From Octopus sinensis (lineage: Eukaryota): DNA of 64,000 bases. The stretch lies in assembly GCF_006345805.1 (NCBI RefSeq), contig NC_042999.1:141360001-141424000 (forward strand), in the 5' to 3' direction. The notes below the pieces were generated by a model. That model saw only the letters and a program-made list of their open reading frames with translations, searched no databases and had not been told where the DNA came from. The translations under genes and the position numbers were made by a program. This document shows positions 26,389 through 35,615 of the stretch, in pieces; within the stretch, counting starts at the first letter, position 1; each line of letters begins with the position of its first letter.

Positions 26389-26760
26389 GGCGTAGGAGTG
26401 GCTGTGTGGTAAGTAGCTTGCTTACGAACCACATGGTTCCAGGTTCCTAGTACCTTGGGCAAGTCTCTTCTACTATAGCCTCGGGCCGACCAAAGCCTTG
26501 TGAGTGGATTTGGTAGACGGAAACTGAAAGAAGCCTGTCGTATATATGTATATATATGCGTGTGTGTTTGCCCCCCCCCCTCCCACATCACTTGACAACC
26601 GATGCTGGTGTGTTTACGTCCCCGTAACTTAGCGGTTCGGCAAAAGTGACCGATAGAATAAGTACTAGGCTTACAAAGAATAAGTCCTGGGGTCGATTTG
26701 CTCGACTAAAGGCGGTGCTCCAGCATGGCCACAGTCAAGTGACTGAAACAAGTAAAAGAG
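26389..26760 (+). mobile_element. Full-length tRNA-related SINE (family with GGCGGTGCTCCAGCATGGCC 3' core)
   Basis: Partial copies at 11698-11885, 34811-35053, 38642-38786 (-), 45590-45995, 49680-49925 and 52590-52745. Confidence 0.8.
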
Positions 26761-26792
<32 letters not shown>

Positions 26793-28249
26793 CACACACA
26801 TAATGACAGATAGATTAGTAATGCTGTGTACTAAACCAATGAAGCGTAGAAATATATATATTTCTAAGTTCCATTGGTTTAATACACAGCATTATTAACC
26901 TGTCATATACATATAATGCCATTATGTAAAAGTATCGTAAGTTTTTCATTCCATAGCAAAACCGTTGTAGTACACTTTGACAAGTTTTGATATCTCGGCA
27001 TCTGAAACAGTTGGACATACGACAGTTTAGCATAACAGCAACGACATATATCTATATTTTATATATAAACCAGAAAAAAATAAGTTCAGAACTTAATGTC
27101 ACCAATACTCTTATGAAAGGATCAACGTTACAGTCCCGTCACCCACACCACTAAAAAAGAACTAATGGCTTTATGACTATATATATATATATATACTACA
27201 AAACAAGTAACAGTTGTTAACTCCCAGGTTAAATCTTATTAGACTTACGACCAAAAGTATTTTAGCCTGAAACATCCTTTTTTTTTTTTAAGCGATATCC
27301 AAGTACTCCATTTTCAATGTAACTACCCCACTTTTTAAATACTAGGCTCTAAGTGGAGGGACATATGGCTGTTATTTCCAGCAGGTAGAAGAACTACATA
27401 AAGACTCTCTTCGATTCAAATAAGAATCAGACATGTACTTAGTGCGATTCAATTAGTTATAATGCTGTTAAGGATTGCAGATTCAAATATCGCTTTCGTA
27501 CTTGAAGAACAATACACAAGTCAACAAGGGAGCCTGTACATGGCCACTCAATCAGCTAGAAATACCAGCTACATATATCTGAGATTGCAGTCTTTAAAAA
27601 GAAGGAATACATTAAATGATGTAATCCTTGATACACTATGTCGGGGTGGGGTGGAACGGATGGTCACGATTGGAATGTCTTTAATTATGAAGTCTGCTTG
27701 ATCAGGGCCAACTTCGAGCAAAACGAAATGTGTATACATAAATGTTAGAAAGAGCACAAACATCAAAAGATAGTAAAAAGGCAAGCAATAAGCAACTAAA
27801 CGTTTAACAAAAGTCTTCTTTTAGGGTGTGTGTGTGTGTGTGTGTGCTTCATTTTGAAAGAATATGTATTTTCATCATATAAATAGTTGTATATATTAAC
27901 TGTTTCGTTCGGATATGTTTGGATACATAGATTGTGATTAAAGGATATAGTAAAAACAAATCATGAATTAAAGTTTAAATACTTACAATAAAATAATACA
28001 AAACAATAGCAAAAGTTAACTGATATATTTAAACATTATGGAGCAATTAACTTTGTTATATGTATTTGATGTTACAGTTGTCTAATTAGAGATGCAGAAA
28101 TAAAACACACCTTTTTGATAAAATCCAGTTATTGTATAAATTTAAGCAACTGACAATTAGAGTGAAAAAATAAAACTGGTAAAAAGCGAGACATCCGAAT
28201 TCAATTAAAAAACTGAAATGTATTTATATAGAAGTATAAACTTGTCTTT

Positions 28250-28289
28250 TTTAAAAGACCGCTTTACCAGCAAAGGCGCCGCCTATTGG
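28250..28289 (-). promoter_or_regulatory. Putative bora core promoter: CCAAT box plus CDE/CHR-like motif
   Basis: The minus strand reads CCAAT-AGGCGGCGCC…AGCGG-TCT-TTTAAA in a CpG-retaining patch upstream of bora. A possible 5'UTR donor GTAAGT lies at 27986-27981. Confidence 0.4.
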
Positions 28290-28804
28290 TAGGAAAAGGA
28301 AGCAAGTGGCGTTATGTCCTTAGCAACGGTCGTTTTAGTGTAAGTTTATCATTTCAACATGCTTATTGGTTTCTGGTGTAACAAAATGGCTTAAAACTTA
28401 TAAGTGAAGGTGGATTAAAGTGACTGTGATGTTTATGCCTTTCCCACACTTTTTGTCGGAGGATATATATAATAATTCTTTTTTCATTCATGATGTTTTG
28501 AATGAATATTTAACAGAACCTGTACTTGATATATGATTTGTTTACAAGGTCGCAGAACTTTATATTTTTGAGAAAAGGCCGTAATAGTTAAACATTTTTT
28601 CCAACGGCAAAGTGACTAAGTTACTTTTATTTTTTAATTAAACTTCGCTTGGTATCAATCAATAATATATATATAAATTCTTTATGTGCCAAAGAAGCAG
28701 TATTAGTTTAAAATAGCAACTTGTGCATCATACATAATGATGATACGTCACGGAAAGTCAAATGACGTCGTTTTGTTCCCACTGTGGTTATATCAAGCCT
28801 TCCT

Positions 28805-29173
28805 TTAAACATCAAATTTAATATCCAGTGTAACATAAAGTGTAATTCTGTCCCTTTTCGCACTATTACCTTCAGTTCTATTTGATGGCTTTTTCCCCCA
28901 GACACCTTGAATAATAAATGCAACAGCAACAATGATCAACAAATACGTAATCAAAAAACACATAGCACCAAGAAGAAACTGTTTTGTGAGAGCAGAAATT
29001 TTTAATAATATTCCTATAGATGTATGAATGGAAATAAGAAGATAAAAAGGCAAAGATATGCGGTGGGAGAAAATACCGTATGAATAGAGTTAGTTGAAAG
29101 CTTATCAAATTAATGGGTACTTCACCCCCTGCACTGCTGACTTGAGCAATAAAAACTCCGCACTCTACATACA

Positions 29174-29248
<75 letters not shown>

Positions 29249-31742
29249 CTCTCACACACACACACAAACACATTGGCAGTTTTGTTGACATACATCATAT
29301 GTAGCAACAGGCATTACTACAATGCTGAAACTATTATTATTGTTGCTAGGTAGTTATTCAAAAGTTGGTGACTTGTTAGTGGTGTTGATGGTGATGGTGA
29401 TGATGGGAGCATTGTTGGTGGTGTCGATAGTTAAATTGTTCTGGCTAAATGTATTATTGTTGCTGTTTAGTTTCAAGTGAATTCTCATCGACCTAATTGA
29501 ACATCTAAAATACACTAGAGTACCACGCTATTTCATGTGATTGTTTTTCCCTTTTAGTGTTTTTTTTTGGGGGGGGGCACGTAAAAAACACCCACTACAC
29601 TCACGGAGTGGTTGTCGTTAGGAAGGGTATCTAGCTGTAGAAACACTGCCAAATCAGACTGGAGCCTGGTGCAGCCTCCACGGCTTACCAGACCCCCGTC
29701 GAACCATCCAACCCATGCTAGCATGGAAAATGGACGTTAAATGATGATGATGATGTTAAAATGTTGCTGGGTAGATTGGCTTTAATGCTAATGCTAGTTG
29801 TGGTGGGCATTGAGGACACACACACACACACACATATATGCCAACATACCTTTAAGAGGGTTTTATATCCTTGTTTTAATTCAATTAAATTTATATATAT
29901 ATAGGAGTGGCTGTGTTGTAGGTGCAGGAGTGGATGTGTGGTAAGTAGCTGGTAAGAAAAAGGTGTAGGTAGAAACTCCATAAGTTTCCACTGTCAGCTA
30001 TGGACACATAGGAGGTGCAGCAACATCAAAAGAAAATTAACTGAGGAGATAGCTTTCCTGTACGGCAGATGCACAGGGGCAATAGACACCACAGATACTC
30101 AGAGAACAGTTTCCATCACACTCCAGGGGGAGAAACTAGAAGTAGTTGATAGTTTCCGCTACCTAGGTGACCAAGTTAGTAGTGAGGGTGGATGCTCAGA
30201 GAGTGTTACCACTAGAATAAGAATAGCCTGGGCAAAGTTTAAAAAGCTTCTACCCCTACTGGTGACAAAGGGCTCCTTGCTCAGAGTGAAAGGTAATTGT
30301 ACGACGCATGTGTGCGAACTGCCATGCTTCACAGCAGTGAAACATGGGCTGCGACTGCAGAGGACATGTGTAGGCTCAAAAGAAATGAAGCTAGTATGAT
30401 CCGCTAGATGTGTAATGTCCGTGTGCATACACAACAGAGTGTAAGCGCCCTGAGAGAAATGTTGGATATAAGAAGCATTAGATGTGGCATGCAAGAGAGA
30501 CGTTTGCGCTGGTATGGTCATGTACTACGGATGGATGAGGGGAGATGTGTGAAAAAGTGCCACTCCCAAACAGTTGAAGGAATCCGGGGTAGAGGTAGAC
30601 CCAAGAAGACATGGGATGAGGTGGTCAAGCATGACCTTCGAATGCTGGGCCTCAGAGAGGCAATGACGAAAGACTGAGACCTCTGGAGATATGCTGTGAC
30701 TGCAAAGACCCTACAAATAAAGTGAGTTTATGGCTGTATCCTACACCAGCTTCACACAACCAGCCCCAACCCATTCAAAGTACCTTGGATTGCAGGAGGG
30801 CCTGCGGTGGGGCGACATGCTGTGCTTGAGGAGACCTATTGAGTCAAGTACATCAAAATAAAAATTAAATGGAATTGTAGTTGTGATACCTGTGCTGGTG
30901 GCACGTAACAAGCATCATCCGAACGTGGCCGATGCCAGTCCCACCTTGACTGGCTTCCGTACCGGTGGCACATAAAAAGCACCAACCGATCGTGGCCATT
31001 GCCAGCCTCCTCTGGCCCCTGTGCCGGTGACACGTAAAAAGCACCCACTACACTCACGGAGTGGTTGGTGTTAGGAAGGTCATCCAGCTGTAGAAACACT
31101 GCCAGATCAGACTGGAGCCTGGTGCAACCTCCTGGCTTCCCAGACCCCGGTCGAAACATTCAACCTATGCTAGCAAGGAAAATGGACGTTAAATGATGAT
31201 GATATATATATATATATACACGAGCAAAACACCCCCTGTCCAATGGATGGTGCTGAGTTGTCAAACATTAAAACCAAATTTTCTCAAAACAACTTGTCCG
31301 ACCGTCCCTTTGAGAAACACTGATTTAACCTAAATTTGAGACATCAGCAAAAGAAGAAATAAAGACAGATTTTTTGCTATTTCTAAGAAAAACGATTTTA
31401 TTCACACAAATATGCAACTGAAGAGTTTAAAGTACCGCTAATGATAAGGCTGTTGACTGGGAGAACACAAACATGGTTTAAACAGTAAGCTTGGCAGGAA
31501 AGAAACATGCCTTTAAGCAGTACAAAAACAACAAAAAATGGAAGGTGCAGTTATGTACAGGTTGATAGAAGAAAAGCAGGACAAAAATGGTTTATCAATC
31601 ACATTCTCACCTGGAATCGATTTTTGTAATTTTTTCAAGACTTATACATGCCTTGATACCGTTGGTATCTACATATCAAATTTGAGCACAATCGGATGGA
31701 GGATGCCCGAGATCCAAGAAGACAGACAGACAGAATAGATTT

Positions 31743-31775
<33 letters not shown>

Positions 31776-32015
31776 TATATTATATATACTTTATTTAAAG
31801 CAGCAGAAAATTCAACAAAATCTGTTACTCTGAGTTTCTCGTTGCCGTTCATCAGACAGTTTTTGCTAGCAAAAACTGTCTGATGAACGGCAACGAGAAA
31901 CTCAGAGTAACAGATTTTGTTGAATTTTCTGCTGCTTTAAATAAAGCATATTACTCTACCACTGGTATTTGAGTACTCTTTTTTCCACCTTGTTTCACAT
32001 TTATGTGTTTACTCC

Positions 32016-32066
<51 letters not shown>

Positions 32067-32246
32067 TTTTTTCCCTCTGTCCTCCCGTCTCGGGATCTTT
32101 CTTTCTCCTATGTTTCCGACGAAGAGCTCCGCTCGAAACGTCATACCCTCCTTCTTCCATTTTCCTGAGCGCCTAATAATAATAATACTGTAATTGTTCC
32201 ATGTGTTGTTGTTTTTTCTGTTTTCCCGTTTGGATTAACCTTATAC

Positions 32247-32277
<31 letters not shown>

Positions 32278-33387
32278 CACATATATATATATAAATATAT
32301 ATCATCATCATCATCATCATCATCATTTAGCGTCCGTTCTCCATGCTAGCATGGGTGGACGGTTCAACTGGGGTCTGTGAAGCTGGAAGGCTTCATCAGG
32401 CCCAGTCAGATCTGGCAGTGTTTCTACGGCTGGATGCCCTTCCTAACGCCAACCACTCCGTGAGTGTAGTGGGTGCTTTTTACCTGCCACCTGCACAGGT
32501 GCCAGACAGAGCTGGCAAACGGCCACGAACGGATGGTGCTTTTACGTGTCACCGGCACGGGGCCAGGCGAGGCTGGCAACGGACACGAACGGATGGTGCT
32601 TTTACGTGCCACCAACACGGGGGCCAGACAGAGCTGGCAAACGGACACGAAACGGATGGTGCTTTTACGTGTCACCGGCACGGGGGCCAGGCGAGGCTGG
32701 CAACGGGCACGAACGGATGGTGCTTTTACATGCCACCGACATGGGGGCCAGACAGGGCTGGCAAACGGCCACGAACGGATGGTGCTTTTACGTGTCACCG
32801 GCACGGGGGCCAGGCGAGGCTGGCAACGGACACGAACGGATGGTGCTTTTACATGTCACCGACATGGGGGCCAGACAGGGCTGGCAAACGGCCACGAACG
32901 GATGGTGCTTTTACGTGTCACCGGCACGGGGGCCAGACAGAGCTGGCAAACGGCCACGAATGGATGGTGCTTTTACGTGTCACTGGCACGGGGGCCAGAC
33001 AGAGCTGGCAAACGGCCACAAACGGATGGTACTTTTACGTGTCACCGGCACGGGGGCCAGGCCAGGCTGGCAACGAACACGAACAGATGGTGCTTTTACG
33101 TGCCACCTACACGGGGGCCAGACAGGGCTGGCGAACGGCTACGAACGGATGGTACTTTTACGTGTCACCTGCACGGGGGCCCTGATGTTGATCGACCTCA
33201 ATTTGGTTTGATCTTGATTTTGACTGTTCTCACTGGTCTTGCCGGGTTTTCTCACGCACAGCATACCTCCAAAGGTATATATATATACATATATATATAC
33301 ACACACATATATATACATATTTAAATACAAAATATATATACATATATATAAATATATACATATATATGAATACATATATATACATAC

Positions 33388-33428
<41 letters not shown>

Positions 33429-35615
33429 TACATGTGTGTATGTGTGTGTGTAACGCTTGTTGTTCAGGAATTGGTTGCCAGTGTGCAAGATGGAAAAAGA
33501 ACAGTGATTGAAGTTGTAAAGAAATATTTATTTGCTCTTACTTTAATATATACCATACCATGATAGGTAGGTTAATGTAATAGTGTAACACAGTTTGTAA
33601 AGCATGTGAGGTAAAGAAAGTTAAATTAGGCCTGTATATGTGTGTACACGATATCATAGTAGTATATATAGAGAGAGAGATGGTAATGGTACAGAGAAAA
33701 GGAAGTGAGTTTGTGAAAGTGAGAATGGTGGGATGAAACTGCTTCATTGTCCTTTTGTGCCCTTTCCTTCAGAGACATCGTTTTGTTCAGCTGGTCAGCC
33801 AGACTTGATTCTCACTAAATGATTTTGGCTTATGGAGTTCTTGTTTTTATAACTATCCAAAACCAGCCAGAAAGATAGTCATATTGTTGAGAACATAGAT
33901 TTTGTTGGTGGTACCTGTCATTCCAATTCTATTTTTTGGTGGAAAAAGATGAGTTGTGAACATTATTCTCCTGTCTATATTCTACTAATTACTTTTACTC
34001 TTTAAAAATTTCGAAAACGTGGTTTTTTGCATATTCGGAATCTCCGTCATCGAAAACAAGAATCCGGTGGAGTAAAAAAATCGGAAAGGTCGGTTTAGGG
34101 TGGTGGGACCGCCAGGTCCGCCAATAAGGTAAATCTACGGTGTCTCTAAAACGACAAGAGCCACAGTTAAAATATCTTTTATGATAGGTCTAGTCGATTA
34201 GAGTTAGAGCTAGTGTTGAGATGATGGACTCAACCGATTCTCCGGTAAGAGAATCAAAATGGGATAACCGGTCGTTTACTTCATACATTTTTAATATATA
34301 TTATTTGCATTCATATTTAACAGACATGTAAACAATTTTCGTTCAATATTGTATTCGCCCGAAAAATCGAATTATCCTTCCTGGTTAATAACAGCATTCA
34401 GAGTTATCGCACTTGATATATATAATTCGCTTACACGCACCGTGTAACGCAATAGAACTTCGGTTAATTGCAGTTCGGAATTGATCTTTTCATTCAAGGT
34501 GATCATGGCTTTGCGGGGACTTAATGCGATCCGGCATATAATTAGGAATAACAATAGATATAATGGCTCATTACTTCTGCAAAACACAGTTCTTCCCCTA
34601 TCACGATTTTTCTCATCAGGTAAATTACGAACTAAAATATTCCTTACATTTTTGTTTTTGTAGTTCAAAGGTCACTTTAACTTGCTTCGTATTTTCCGAA
34701 TATTCCAACTATAAAACTATATATATATAGGTACATAGGTGTGTGTGTGTGTATATATATATATAATATTGTAACATGTTTTATAATCTGTATTAACCGT
34801 ACTCAATAATTGAAAGAAGCCCGTCGTATATATATATATGTATATATACGTGTGTGTGTGTGCTTGTCCCTCCACCCCAACATCGTTTGACAACCGATGC
34901 TGGTGTGTTTACGTCCCCGTAACTTAGCGGTTCTGCAAAAGAGACCGATAAAATAAGTACTTGGCTTACAAAGAATAAGTCCTGGGGTCGATTTGCACGA
35001 CTAAAGGCGGTACTCCAGCATGACCGCAGTCATGACTGAAACAAGTAAAAGAGTATGGTGGAAAATTGATTTGCTACCATGTCTTATAATAAAATGATGA
35101 GAAAGTCATAAAAATTTAAGAATTTCTATTAAAAATACTTCAGTTCTGTGTTATGTATATTCATGACCCAATTTGCCTAACTCTATGAAATTTGCCTACC
35201 TTTAGAGAAATGGAGTGTCTATAATCAATATTTGAAGACAAACAAGTGTGATAATTGGCAAAAGCCGTAGAACGACGATGCCTTGTAGTATTCAGTTATA
35301 TTTCTAGTTCGAATCTCGGTAAGGTCAATAAAAGAAGCATCAGTCGAGGAGTGAGTTTAATCGACTGTTTCCTCCCACTTATGTGGACTTGTGTCTATGT
35401 TAGAAATCGTTAATGCCTCATAACCCATTGGACTGAGAGCTGTTCAATCACCATCTTATAGAGTACTCAATGGAAAATACTTTAGAATTGTTTTCAGTTG
35501 CTGCCCCAAAATGCAGGAGTAAGTTTGAACTCAGAACTGTAAAGTAACTATCACTCGTCAGTTCTTCAAATTTCCTGCTACACTCACCTTCAGTTTGCTG
35601 TCTTTGCTTTCCCAT
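28805..35615 (-). CDS. Candidate unannotated small single-pass membrane protein, complement(join(28805..29013,35588..35615)), 78 aa (or spliced onward from a donor at 28869)
   Basis: AAAATGG start; donor AAG|GTGAGT; strong polypyrimidine acceptor TTTTATCTTCTTATTTCCATTCATACATCTATAG; phase 1 compatible; 23-aa hydrophobic segment; AATAAA at 28631-28626. No homolog recognised. Confidence 0.35.
29168..29272. repeat. (CA)n microsatellite
   Basis: Direct reading. Confidence 0.95.
29965..31204 (+). mobile_element. Degenerate RTE LINE 3' end with (GAT)n tail
   Basis: Similar to 18600-19888 ([13 protein letters not shown]…RLRWYGHV…GRGRPKKTW). Confidence 0.85.
31815..31867 (-). ncRNA. Mirror-image hammerhead ribozyme-like motif (left arm of the palindrome)
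   Basis: Exact reverse complement of the plus-strand motif; predicted cleavage between 31826 and 31825. Confidence 0.65.
31868..31920 (+). ncRNA. Type I hammerhead ribozyme-like motif (Penelope-associated type)
   Basis: CTGATGA (31880-86); short stem II CG-GCAA-CG; GAAA (31897-31900); stem III ACT/AGT; GTA cleavage triplet (A31909); stem I CTGT/ACAG extended by AAAA/TTTT. Confidence 0.7.
32065..32240 (+). mobile_element. Penelope-like terminal fragment with degenerate hammerhead (32112..32146)
   Basis: GTTT-CCGACGA-A-GAGC-TCC-GCTC-GAAAC-GTC-ATAC: hammerhead layout with a U4->C change and a palindromic ACGT stem III. Confidence 0.5.
32303..33268 (-). mobile_element. RTE-3'-derived retroposon tail with expanded internal minisatellite
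   Basis: (CAT)n tail at 32303 and conserved CTGGATGCCCTTCCTAACGCCAACCACTC core shared with copies at 6221-6702, 17509-17660, 29575-29756 and 55565-55735. Confidence 0.85.
32481..33180. repeat. Tandem array of about 11.5 units of 60-63 bp (alternating 61/62-bp variants)
   Basis: GATGGTGCTTTTAC anchors at 32532, 32592, 32655, 32716, 32778, 32839, 32901, 32963, 33025, 33086 and 33148. Confidence 0.95.
33278..33450. repeat. Imperfect (TA)n/(TATAC)n low-complexity tract
   Basis: Direct reading. Confidence 0.9.
34505..34619 (+). CDS. ECHS1: ECHS1 coding exon 1 (mitochondrial targeting peptide [14 protein letters not shown]…RFFSS)
   Basis: ATCATGG Kozak context; donor CAG|GTAAAT, phase 1. Confidence 0.85.

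Larger units (their letters stand above)
31789..31946. repeat. Perfect 158-bp palindrome (79-bp arms, no spacer, centre GCT|AGC)
   Basis: Checked base by base: 31789..31867 is the exact reverse complement of 31868..31946. Confidence 0.97.

Noticed and set aside
28386-28411. ATGGCTTAAAACTTATAAGTGAAGG resembles the 5' end of U12 snRNA
   Set aside because: Similarity stops after about 25 nt; no Sm site or stem-loops in the expected positions.
32343-33324. Three long overlapping ORFs (280, 283, 221 aa) and a CRISPR-like appearance
   Set aside because: The ORFs arise from a stop-free tandem repeat inside a retroposon. Units are contiguous with no unique spacers, there are no cas genes, and the DNA is eukaryotic.
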